A DNA stretch of 64,000 bases from Pseudomonadota bacterium (GTDB taxonomy: Bacteria; Myxococcota_A; UBA9042): assembly GCA_041163625.1 (NCBI GenBank), contig JBEARB010000067.1, positions 426-64,425 of the forward strand. The letters run 5' to 3'. Positions 52,638 through 61,405 of the stretch are shown one piece after another. Position 1 is the stretch's first letter, and every line of letters starts with the position of its first letter. Under the pieces are notes generated by a model. It made no database searches. It worked only from the letters and a program-made list of their open reading frames with translations, and was not told the origin of the DNA. A program made the position numbers and the translations under genes.

Positions 52638-53117
52638 CTACTCGGCGCCGGCCTCGATCCAGGCCCGCAGCTTCGCGATGGCGTCGGGATCGCTGCCGCC
52701 CGTCTGCACCGTCATGTCCGAGATCGGGCCGGAGCCGTCGCAGCCCGCGGCGCTGGCGTTGTCGAATTTCTGCCGCACCGTCTCGTCGAGCACGGCCATG
52801 AGGAGGCTCTCGTCCGGCTTGCCGGCCACCACGAAGGGCACGCCGTTGCAGGCGGCCTGGTTGCCGACCAAGCCCGCAGCGCTGCCGCCCTTGAGGGTGG
52901 CGCGCGCCGTGTCGGCAGTGGAGAAGTCCAGGCTGGTCTCCGCCCCCGAAGGCTGATTGCCCGGCGAGTGGCAGCTCGCGCATTTGTTGAGGTAGCCGTC
53001 GTAGGCGGCGGTGAAGTCGTCGCCGGCGGCGATGGCCTCGCAGCCGGCGGCCGCGACGAGGGTGGCGAGCAGGGCGGCACGGCCCGGCAGCGAACGGAAC
53101 AGCGAGCGCATCGTCAT
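52638..53117 (-). CDS. Small lipoprotein with a PSCyt1-like cytochrome c domain (CXXCH).
   Basis: The signal peptide plus lipobox is LVAAAGCE. The sequence CASCHSPG...VAGKPDESLLMAVL...WIEAGAE carries the heme-binding motif. Its ATG overlaps the stop of the upstream giant gene (ATGA). Confidence 0.6.
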   Translation of the reverse strand: MTMRSLFRSLPGRAALLATLVAAAGCEAIAAGDDFTAAYDGYLNKCASCHSPGNQPSGAETSLDFSTADTARATLKGGSAAGLVGNQAACNGVPFVVAGKPDESLLMAVLDETVRQKFDNASAAGCDGSGPISDMTVQTGGSDPDAIAKLRAWIEAGAE

Positions 53118-56100
53118 CCTCCGGTTGCGGGCGTGGTGCGGCCCGCGGCGCGACCCGCGACCGGCGCACCGGCGCCGTCGTCGAGCAACGTCAAATAGAG
53201 CTGCAGCGCGTCGCGGTCGGGGCGCCAACGCGGTGCGCCGAATTGGCAGAGCGCAGCGTACACGGCCCGCAGATCCGGCAAAAGGGGCCGGCCGAGCGCC
53301 GAGAGCGGTGCGCCTGCGAACAGGTGCAGCTCGGCGGCGGAGCGCACCAGCCAAATCCGCTCCGGCGGGGCGGGTGTGCCGGTCGCGCGGGCGAAGCGAT
53401 CTGCGTCCGCCAGCCCGGCGCCGAGGTCGGCCATCGCGGCGCGATGCTCGCCGAGCAGGCTGCGAGCGACGCCGCGGTGCCAGAGCATCGCGGCGCGGTC
53501 GAGGCGGCCACGGCTCTCGTCGTCGGCGTCCGCCAGCGCGGCGATCCGTCGATCGAGCAGGGGCAACGCGTCGCGTGGGCGACCGAGCAGCAGCTCCGCT
53601 CGCGCGCGCAGGCCGTCGCGCAACGCGAGCAGGCGCTTGCGGTCGGCCTCCAGCGGCGGTTGATGCGGACGCCGACCCGCCCGCAGCGCGTCTTCGTCCG
53701 CCTTGGCGAGCGCGGCGTCTGCCGTCGCCAAGTGCGCCAGCGTCGCCTTCCCATCGGCCGAAGCCAGCGCCGCGGCCGCCGCGACCAGCGCAGCGCGCGC
53801 ACGATTCGCGGCGACGCGCTGCAGCTCGGGGCGTGCGAGCAGCGCCTCGGACGCAGCCCGCCCGCGCGCGAGATCGCCGGATTCGAACGCATAGAGCGCC
53901 GTCCGGTCGAGCAGCAGCGTGCGGTGGCGGGCAAGCGTCGGGGTGGCGTCGAGTTTCGCTTGCGCGCGCGCGAGCGTGGCCAACGCGGCGTCGGCGAGGC
54001 CGACGTGCCATTGCGAGCGCGCGGTCGCCACCAGCACCGCCAGCTCGGCCTCGGGGTCGACGAAGGGCAACGCCATGCGTCGCGCGAACGAGTCCAGGGC
54101 GATCCGATGGTTGCCGACGGCCTGCTGCAACAACCCGAGCGCGGCGAGTAGCGCGCCACGGATGCGCGCGTCGCCGTCGGCCAGCGCCAGGGCGAGGCGG
54201 TAGCGGTCGTGTGCCTGCACCGCGAAACCGCGCCCGTCGCCGAGCAGGAAGCGTTGGTGTGCCACCCAGCCGCGGAGCTGATGCAAGTGGCGATCGCCTG
54301 GTGCGCCTCGTTGCGCGACCGCCAGGTCGGCGTCGGCCGCCTCGAGGGCCTCGCGTCGAGCATCTGCGTCGCCGCCGCCGCCTTCGGCCAGCGGCCGCAG
54401 CCGCAGCCACGCGTGCACCGTCCGCAGCGCGGGATGATCCGGCTGCTTCGCGAAGCGCTTGGTGACCTGACCGAGCACGTCGCGGTTGCCCTCGCGATGC
54501 TGTGCCTCGACGTAGCCGAGCCAAGCCTCGAGGTCGTCGGTCTGCAGGGTCACGCCGTAGAAGTTGGTGCGAGCGTCGCGGATCTGTCCGGTGTTCCAGG
54601 AGATCCACGCGCGTTCGAGCACGACCTGCCGGAACAGGTCGACGGCCTGCGCGCGGCCCGGATGGTCCCGCGGGATCACCGAGACGTAGGAATTGGCGAA
54701 CTGGTAGAGCAGCCAAGCGCTGTCGACCGCGGCCGCGCGGGCCACCGTCGCCCGAACCAGGGCGCGGCGTCGATCGAGCTCCCGCCAGCTGCGGAAGATG
54801 GCGAAGAGTTGTTCGCGGACGGTCTCTTCCTCGGCGCTGCCCAAGCCCGCCGTCGCCGCCACAGGCGGTCCCCGCTTGGACTTCGGCGGTAGCGCCAGCA
54901 GCGCGCGTTCGACATCGAGCCGCATCGCGAGCTCTCCGTCGGGCGCTGCCTTGGCACGCAGCCGCTCGATGGCCTCCCGACGCGCGACGACGCCGCGGCC
55001 GCGGGTGGCCTGGCGAACCAAGCGCTCTGCCACATCCAGGCGCTCGGCCGGCCGAAGCGCGCGATGCTCGCCCGCAGCCAGCAACCAAGCATCCGCTTCG
55101 GTGTGTGCCTGAAGTGCCCGGAGCCGCGGCACACCGAGCAGGACCACCGCGAGGATGGCGTCGTGACCGAGCGTGTCGGCGGCGCCCAGCCCCTGCACCT
55201 GCGCGAGGGCGAGCTCCTCACGACCGAGGTCGTCCAGAATCTCGGCGCGCACGAGTCGCAGCCAGGCTTGTCCGTCCGTGCTCGATTCGGCCTCGCCCAG
55301 GGTCGCGAGGCGCTTGTCGGCACGGTCGGCGAAGCCTTCGTCGCGGGCACCGGCGTCGACCCGCGCCAGCTCCTTGCGGTGGGCCGAGAGCGCGACGAGC
55401 GCGCGGGCCGCGGCGCTGCGGGCCGCGGAACCTGGACCGCTGCCGGCCTCCGCGGCCGCCCGTCCGGCGTACCAGGACGCGAGGGCCGTGTCGTTGCCGG
55501 CGAGCGCGCGCACCGCAAGGGCGCCGAACGTGGCGGACCGCGCCTCCGGTTGCCGTTGCCGTTGCACGAGGTTCGCAAGGAGCAGGCTCGCGACCTGGGG
55601 GTCGGTGCTGTGGTCGAGCGCCGTGAGGATCCGCGCCTCGGCCCACGCGGCCGGAACGACGCCGTCGGGCGGCAGGCTGTAGATATCGAGTCGACCGCCG
55701 CGCTCGCAGGTCAGGTAGAGCGCGTCCGCGGCAGGCGCCGGGTAGCGGCAATTCCACGAGGCGGGCGTCAGCTGTACCGGTGCGTCGCCCCGCAGCGGTG
55801 CCGCGTCGCCGGTTCGAAAGGGCAGTCGGAAGATGACGCCATGGTCGTCTCCGTCGACGACGCCGTCGCCGTTGGTGTCGCGCAGCGATTGCGTGAAGTA
55901 GAGCCACCGCCCATCGGGTGAGAACGCCGGAAATCCGGTCTCGCCAGGCAGGTCGACGCGCACCGTGCGGGTCCGCTTGGGGGCATCGACGCGGACGACG
56001 TGCAGGCCTCGCCCGAGCTGCATCGCGAAGTGCACGCCGACGGCGGTGCTCGCACGCTCGACGGGCACGTAGACCAGCCAGCGTCCGTCCGGGCTGACGG

Positions 56101-56656
56101 TGGGGGTCGACACCGAGCGATCGACGAGCACCTCGCCGTCCGCGACGCCGCCCGCCTTGTCGCCCCGCAGCCACACGCGGCGCAGCACCTGCTCGCCGTG
56201 CATCGAGCCGCGGGCGACCACGCCGAGGCTGGTGCCGTCCGGGAACCAGAACGCCGAACTCTCCGCGGTCTGCGGTCCACCGAGGCAGCGCCGAGCGCCG
56301 GTCTCGAGCGTGCGCAGGCAGACATCGCCGGTCGCGTCGTCGCGCGTCGAGATGTAGAGCAGCGTGCGACCGTCGGGCGAGAGGCGGGGCAGGCTGATGT
56401 CGGCGCCCTCGTCGAAGAGCGAGCGGGCTACGCCGTCCGGCAGCGTCTGGCGGAACGCGCCGACGACGGCGTCGCGGTTGCTGGCGAACACGAGCGTGCG
56501 GCCGTCCGGGCCGAGGCTGCCGAGGAATTGGTCGCTGTCGCCGGCAGTCAGACGCCGCGGCTCGCGCAGGGCGGCGTCGGTGCCGACCGGTCCCATCATC
56601 GCCGCGTGAGCCGACACGGCGAGCAGGAGCGTCAGACCGAAGCTCAGCGCTCGCAC
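53114..56656 (-). CDS. Large periplasmic protein with an N-terminal TolB-like (PD40/WD40-like) beta-propeller and a long TPR-like alpha-helical domain.
   Basis: GTG 56656 is followed by a signal peptide (LSFGLTLLLAVSAHA). There are repeated SPDGRxLxY PD40 motifs (LSPDGRTLLYIS, VSPDGRWLVYV, FSPDGRWLYFT), then about 800 aa of Ala/Leu/Arg-rich helices. The upstream 116 codons are Arg-rich and were discarded. Confidence 0.7.
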   Translation of the reverse strand: MRALSFGLTLLLAVSAHAAMMGPVGTDAALREPRRLTAGDSDQFLGSLGPDGRTLVFASNRDAVVGAFRQTLPDGVARSLFDEGADISLPRLSPDGRTLLYISTRDDATGDVCLRTLETGARRCLGGPQTAESSAFWFPDGTSLGVVARGSMHGEQVLRRVWLRGDKAGGVADGEVLVDRSVSTPTVSPDGRWLVYVPVERASTAVGVHFAMQLGRGLHVVRVDAPKRTRTVRVDLPGETGFPAFSPDGRWLYFTQSLRDTNGDGVVDGDDHGVIFRLPFRTGDAAPLRGDAPVQLTPASWNCRYPAPAADALYLTCERGGRLDIYSLPPDGVVPAAWAEARILTALDHSTDPQVASLLLANLVQRQRQPEARSATFGALAVRALAGNDTALASWYAGRAAAEAGSGPGSAARSAAARALVALSAHRKELARVDAGARDEGFADRADKRLATLGEAESSTDGQAWLRLVRAEILDDLGREELALAQVQGLGAADTLGHDAILAVVLLGVPRLRALQAHTEADAWLLAAGEHRALRPAERLDVAERLVRQATRGRGVVARREAIERLRAKAAPDGELAMRLDVERALLALPPKSKRGPPVAATAGLGSAEEETVREQLFAIFRSWRELDRRRALVRATVARAAAVDSAWLLYQFANSYVSVIPRDHPGRAQAVDLFRQVVLERAWISWNTGQIRDARTNFYGVTLQTDDLEAWLGYVEAQHREGNRDVLGQVTKRFAKQPDHPALRTVHAWLRLRPLAEGGGGDADARREALEAADADLAVAQRGAPGDRHLHQLRGWVAHQRFLLGDGRGFAVQAHDRYRLALALADGDARIRGALLAALGLLQQAVGNHRIALDSFARRMALPFVDPEAELAVLVATARSQWHVGLADAALATLARAQAKLDATPTLARHRTLLLDRTALYAFESGDLARGRAASEALLARPELQRVAANRARAALVAAAAALASADGKATLAHLATADAALAKADEDALRAGRRPHQPPLEADRKRLLALRDGLRARAELLLGRPRDALPLLDRRIAALADADDESRGRLDRAAMLWHRGVARSLLGEHRAAMADLGAGLADADRFARATGTPAPPERIWLVRSAAELHLFAGAPLSALGRPLLPDLRAVYAALCQFGAPRWRPDRDALQLYLTLLDDGAGAPVAGRAAGRTTPATGG

Positions 56657-57258
56657 GTCTTCGGTCCCCAGACGCCGGCCTGTTGCTCGATCATCCCGCC
56701 GCAGACGACGCGCTCGAGGTGGCTCGTGCGCCAGCGGTCGCGCAGGGTCTCGTACGGGACGTCCTTGCGCTGCCGAGCCAACCACGCCCAGACCTGCCGT
56801 CGCGAGCGATTCTCCCGCTCGACCAGGCGGCCGACCTCGGCCGGATCGACCGCTCCGGCGCAGCGGCGGGGCAGGCTGCGCAACGTGCCGTCGCGGGCTT
56901 CGCCGACGCAGCCGCGCAGCAAGAGCGCGTCCAGTCGTTCCTGCTCGTCTTCGGGGCGCCGCGTCATCGCCGCGATCGCGTCGTGCTCGGCTTTCGGGCG
57001 CCACCCGGCCGCCTCCAGCGTGGCGCGTGTCAGCGGTGCCGGGCGCGGGTCGGTCGCTTTGTCGTCGAGGCGGCGCTCGTCGGCCTCGAAACGGCCGGCA
57101 GCCTCGGCTTCGAGCGCCGTGCGACGGTCGACCAAGACCACGTCGGGCGCGCGGATGCAGCCGGACGCGCCCACGACCCAGCCGAGGGCGAGCGCCGTCG
57201 TGACCCAGCGGGGCGACGACGCGGCGTGGCGGCGGTGGTGTACGGGGCGGGCGTTCAC
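56644..57258 (-). CDS. Lipoprotein with a C-terminal YdbL-like (DUF1318) domain and an N-terminal extension, possibly YnbE-like.
   Basis: The signal peptide plus lipobox is VVGASGCI. The C-terminal segments ENRSRRQVWAWLARQ...ETLRDRW and LERVVCGGMIEQQAGVWGPK resemble the YdbL family, as recalled from memory. It overlaps the AsmA-like gene stop by 4 nt. Confidence 0.5.
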   Translation of the reverse strand: MNARPVHHRRHAASSPRWVTTALALGWVVGASGCIRAPDVVLVDRRTALEAEAAGRFEADERRLDDKATDPRPAPLTRATLEAAGWRPKAEHDAIAAMTRRPEDEQERLDALLLRGCVGEARDGTLRSLPRRCAGAVDPAEVGRLVERENRSRRQVWAWLARQRKDVPYETLRDRWRTSHLERVVCGGMIEQQAGVWGPKTCER

Positions 57259-60200
57259 GGCGGCGGGTCTCCCAGCAGCGGCAGGACGGCGCGGGTCATC
57301 AGCGGGCCGAGCGCGATGCCGCGAATCTCATCGATGCGGACCAAGTCGGCAAGGCCACCGAGCTCGACCTTCACATCGGCGAAGCCGTGCCGGAAGCGTA
57401 GCCGCATCTGTTCGGGATAGCCCAGCTTCAGCGCCAAGCGCGCGCGGTTGGCCTGGAGGTCCTCGTGATAGGGGTCGAGCAGGTCCAGCGCGGCCAGCAG
57501 GTGGCCCTTCGACAGGCGCAGCACCTGGGCGCGGCCCTGCACGGCGAGACGCCACGGCTGCAGCTCGAGCGCGGCGTTGGCGTCGATGCGTCCGGGCTGA
57601 TTCGGTAGGCGCAGGCCCGTGACGTTGCCGCGCAGCAGGACGCGCGTGTCGGCGCCGTCCCACTCGATCGCGCATTGGCCGGTGAGCTGACCGCCGAGCA
57701 GGCGCATCTCGAGTTGGTCGAGGCGGAACACGTCGCGGTCGACGCTGGCGTTGGCGGCGAGCGGGCCGACCTGGTGCTTGCCCAGCCGCAGCGACTGCAC
57801 CGCCAGGAAGTGGTCGCCGGTCAGGAAGGGCTGCTGGTCGACGTAGCGCCATCGGGCCCAGAGGCTGCGCCGCCCGCCGCCGAGCGGACGGACCTGCATC
57901 CCTTCGCGCGCGAGCTCGAAGCGCAGCGGGATCTCGCCCTGCACGCCCACGATCTCGGCGTCGGTGGCGGCATGGCGGGCCCCCACGCCCTCGAGGTGGG
58001 CGCGCGCTTGCACACCGAGTACGCGGAAATCGCCGGTCTCGATCGCGAACGGCAGGCGCACGACGCCCTGGGTCCGGACCCCGAAGAGCTCGGGCAGGCG
58101 GTCGAGGTCCTGCCGGAGTTCGCCGTCGACTGCGGCGCCGCGCGCACCCGGGACGCCGCCGTCGTCGTCGTCCGAGAGGCCGATGCGATCGATGCGACCG
58201 CGCGCCCAACCCGAGCTCCCGGTGGCTTCGTTGCTGAAGGTCGCGCGCTCGAGTGCGAGTTTGCCGACCCGGTCGACATGGGCGCGGACGGTGGCGCGCG
58301 CGTCGGCGACCGGCAGCGCCGGCATCAGGTCCTGATCGAGGCGCTCGAGCTTCGCCTCGCCCTGCAGTTCCAGCCCGCGCAGGCTGCGGTCCAGTGGCCC
58401 CTTGACCCGTAGCGTGCCGCCGGCCTTGCGGAGGTCGAAGGGGTGGGCGCCGAACGCGCCACGCATCCGCAGCATGGCGCCCTCGAAGGTGGCCTCGAAG
58501 CGGCCTTGGCTCACGCTGAGCTGCATGCCGCCGTCGACCTGCGGCGCGGCGACGTCGAGACCCTCCTGATGGCAGCGCAGGCCGTAGACGGTCGCTTTGC
58601 CCTCGGCGCGGACGTCGGCCGCGGCCGGCCGATCGGCCCACGCCGCGAGTGTCGCCGGGCGGTCCAGCGCGGCCAGCGGCAGCCGAATCGCAAGCGTGCC
58701 CTCGCCGTGCAGCCGCTCGCCGTCGATGCACGGCACGCCGGCGGCCAGGGCGGCACCCAGCTTGCCGAGCTTGCGCACCTTGCCGCTGCCCTCGAGCTGC
58801 CAGCCGTCCCCGCGCCGGACGGCCAAGCTCGCCTCGCCACGGGTCTTGCCGTCCAGGTCCAGCCGCGCGCGCAACGTCGCGGAGCGCAGGCGCTGGTCCG
58901 CCAGGGCGACCTCGACCTCGGCCTGCGCCCGGGTCGCCGGGGTGCGTGCGCCGTCGACGCGCAGGCCCTCGGGCAGCAGCACGATCGTTGCGTTCAGACC
59001 GGTCGCGCGCACGGTGCCCGACATCGTCGAGCGCAGGCGTTGGCCGCTGACCACGCGCTGTTGCATTCGCAGCTCGTAGCCGTCGAGCTGCAGGGCGCTC
59101 TCGTGCTCCGCCCGGGCGGCGAGGAGCCATCGCGCCCAATCGTCGGCCGGCTTCGCGTGCGGCAACGCCAGGCTGCCCCGGCTCTCGACGCCGACGTGGC
59201 TGAGCTTGCGCACGACGACGGCGCCGTCGCGCGGGAGCCGGACACCGACGGTCGCGGCGAGCTGCAGCGGGTCGCGCACGCCGAGCCGACCATCCCATCG
59301 CAGCGGCGCGTCCGCCGGTCGGCGCGCGGTGAGCGCGGCGTCCATGCCCGGGCCGGTGGCGCGGAGCGTCAGACGATCGAGCTCGAATGCTCTGACGGCC
59401 GTGGGATCGGCGCCGGCGCGGGCGGCAAGGCCACGCAGGTCCAACTCCGCGCGCGCGGTGCCGGGCAGCGCGTGCCGCCCGACGCGCAGCTGCGCCACGT
59501 CGCCGCGCGCGTGGGCCTCGTCGCAACGCCAAGATCCGTCGGCGCCTCGGCGAACGCCCGCGGCAGACAGCTCCGCCTTCGCCTCGCTGAGCGCGATCGC
59601 CTCGCCGCCGAAATCGGCGTCGAGCGACTCGGCCGCGACCTCGAGCCGTTGTCGTGCCGGGTCGCCCTCTGCCTGCAGCGACGCTGCGCGCACTTCGGCC
59701 GACGCCCCCGCTGCCCGTCCGCTCGCGCGCTCGACACCGGCGTCGATCCGCCCGGCGAGCCCGCCGGCCCAGCGCGCATCGAGCCGCGGCGACTCGAGCG
59801 TGGCGCGCGCGTCGCCGACGGCGCCCGCGAGTTCTCGGGCGCGCAGCGCGACCGTGGCGCCGGGCTCGGGCTTCAGCGATGGCCAGCCCGCTGCGGCGTC
59901 CACCGCCACGGTGGCGTCGCGGACGCGGGCCGTCACGCCGCGCGCGGCGGCGTCCAGGTCGCGCGTCTCCGCGCGCAGGCCGACGACCAGCCGGTCGCCC
60001 AGACCGTGCGCCTGCAGCGTGGCCTTCGCGTGCGTCACCGCCAGCCTCGCCGTCGGCGCGCGCACGTCGACCGCGTCGAGCGCGACGGTCGCGGTGAGGT
60101 CGGCAGCCAGCGCCACCGCGGAGATCTCGCGTGCCGCACCGCTGGCGGTCGCGGTGAAAAGGCCCGGCCATCGCGCGGCGAGGGTGAGCGCTTCCAGTCG

Positions 60201-61370
60201 CGGGCGCAGGGGGGCCCCGGCGGTGCTCGGGTCGTCCACCGCACCGCGGAGCGAAAAGCGCGCCTCTCGGCTCGGTTCCTCCGTCGAGAGCGTGACGCGG
60301 CCGCCCTCGACGGTGACGCTGGCGCCCGGCCCGCCGACGTGGACCTCGACCCGAACGGCCGCGAAATCCTCGGCGCCGATGCAGCCCCGCGCGCCGCCGA
60401 GCCAGCGCAGCGACGGGCTCCGCACCCCGGCCTGGAGCCGAACGCGGTCGCGGGCGAGCTCGAGCCGCAGGGTCGGCGTCGCGCGCGCCTCGGCGGTGGC
60501 GGCGTCGGCCGGGGCCGCGGCGACGGCGCGGGTCCACGCATCGGCCAGGCCGACGGCGTCGTCGACCCAGGGCTGCAGCTCGGGCGGCAGCGCGTCCGGC
60601 CGCGACGCCAGCGCCTCGGCCACGCGGTCGAGCAGCCAGGTCCGCGGGAGCCCGTCGATCCGCACCTGCCACGGCGCCCCGTCGGTCGTCATCGTGGCGA
60701 CAGTCTCGGCGTCGCCGTCCGCGCGTAGGCGGATGCCTCCGCCGTCGATGGTGAGGCGTGCATCGGTTCCGGCGAGCGCGGCTCGAACCGAGATGCCCTG
60801 CACGGACAGCGCGTCGAGCGCGTAGCCGCGGGCCGCGTCGAGCGCGCGCAGCCAGCCCGAGGGCGGCACCGGCGGGCTCGGCTCGCTCGGCGGCGGGAGC
60901 GTCAGCGCGCGCGCCCAGCTGCCGCCACCCTCGCCGCCGACCACGACACCGATGTGCACGCCGCGCACGGTGATCGCGTCCACGCGCCGCGTCTGCTCGA
61001 GCAGGGCGCCCAGGCGCCAACGGATCTCGACTTCGTCGACGGCCAGCAGGGGGCCGACGCGCGCGTCGTCCGCCGGCGGATTCTCGATGCGCAGTCCGCG
61101 CAGCACCAAGCCCGACGCGCTCACCGCGCCGGACTCGTAGCGCAACGTCGCGCCGGCCAGGTCCTGCGCCAGCGCGGCCACGCGGCCCTGCACGAGCGGG
61201 TGCGCGAGGTGGCCGGCCAGCCACGCGCCCACGCCGATCGCGCCGATCGCGCCGAGCAGGCAGGCGATCGCGAGCCGTCGCAGCCAACGTCGTCGCGGAC
61301 GCGGCGGCGTGACCGGATGGCGTTCCTGCGCGGCGGCGGGCGGCAGCTCGAACGGCGGCTCCTGCGACAA
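57255..61370 (-). CDS. Giant (1371 aa) N-terminally anchored envelope protein, AsmA-family (YdbH/TamB-like).
   Basis: TTG 61370 is preceded by a strong SD, GGGAGG. An N-terminal TM helix (LAIACLLGAIGAIGVGAWLAG) follows a basic stretch (RPRRRW). The body is very long, Ala/Gly/Arg/Leu/Asp-rich and beta-rich. Its genomic coupling to a YdbL-like gene mirrors the E. coli ydbH-ynbE-ydbL arrangement. The upstream 651 track codons are Arg-rich and overlap the previous gene in another frame. Confidence 0.55.
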   Translation of the reverse strand: MSQEPPFELPPAAAQERHPVTPPRPRRRWLRRLAIACLLGAIGAIGVGAWLAGHLAHPLVQGRVAALAQDLAGATLRYESGAVSASGLVLRGLRIENPPADDARVGPLLAVDEVEIRWRLGALLEQTRRVDAITVRGVHIGVVVGGEGGGSWARALTLPPPSEPSPPVPPSGWLRALDAARGYALDALSVQGISVRAALAGTDARLTIDGGGIRLRADGDAETVATMTTDGAPWQVRIDGLPRTWLLDRVAEALASRPDALPPELQPWVDDAVGLADAWTRAVAAAPADAATAEARATPTLRLELARDRVRLQAGVRSPSLRWLGGARGCIGAEDFAAVRVEVHVGGPGASVTVEGGRVTLSTEEPSREARFSLRGAVDDPSTAGAPLRPRLEALTLAARWPGLFTATASGAAREISAVALAADLTATVALDAVDVRAPTARLAVTHAKATLQAHGLGDRLVVGLRAETRDLDAAARGVTARVRDATVAVDAAAGWPSLKPEPGATVALRARELAGAVGDARATLESPRLDARWAGGLAGRIDAGVERASGRAAGASAEVRAASLQAEGDPARQRLEVAAESLDADFGGEAIALSEAKAELSAAGVRRGADGSWRCDEAHARGDVAQLRVGRHALPGTARAELDLRGLAARAGADPTAVRAFELDRLTLRATGPGMDAALTARRPADAPLRWDGRLGVRDPLQLAATVGVRLPRDGAVVVRKLSHVGVESRGSLALPHAKPADDWARWLLAARAEHESALQLDGYELRMQQRVVSGQRLRSTMSGTVRATGLNATIVLLPEGLRVDGARTPATRAQAEVEVALADQRLRSATLRARLDLDGKTRGEASLAVRRGDGWQLEGSGKVRKLGKLGAALAAGVPCIDGERLHGEGTLAIRLPLAALDRPATLAAWADRPAAADVRAEGKATVYGLRCHQEGLDVAAPQVDGGMQLSVSQGRFEATFEGAMLRMRGAFGAHPFDLRKAGGTLRVKGPLDRSLRGLELQGEAKLERLDQDLMPALPVADARATVRAHVDRVGKLALERATFSNEATGSSGWARGRIDRIGLSDDDDGGVPGARGAAVDGELRQDLDRLPELFGVRTQGVVRLPFAIETGDFRVLGVQARAHLEGVGARHAATDAEIVGVQGEIPLRFELAREGMQVRPLGGGRRSLWARWRYVDQQPFLTGDHFLAVQSLRLGKHQVGPLAANASVDRDVFRLDQLEMRLLGGQLTGQCAIEWDGADTRVLLRGNVTGLRLPNQPGRIDANAALELQPWRLAVQGRAQVLRLSKGHLLAALDLLDPYHEDLQANRARLALKLGYPEQMRLRFRHGFADVKVELGGLADLVRIDEIRGIALGPLMTRAVLPLLGDPPP

Positions 61371-61375
61371 CGATT

Positions 61376-61382
61376 CCCTCCC
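61376..61382 (-). promoter_or_regulatory. Shine-Dalgarno sequence (GGGAGGG) for the AsmA-like gene.
   Basis: The reverse complement of ccctccc at 61376..61382 lies 6 nt upstream of the TTG start at 61370. Confidence 0.4.
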
Positions 61383-61405
61383 GACGCGATGGCGCGCGCG
61401 CGACC

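Noticed and set aside
57328-61287. The 1319-aa alternate-frame ORF, together with the first 651 codons of ORF 57255..63323.
   Set aside because: These are Arg-dominated alternate frames. The AsmA-like gene is better explained by starting at TTG 61370, after a strong SD and before a TM helix, which also avoids overlap with the SpeE-like gene.
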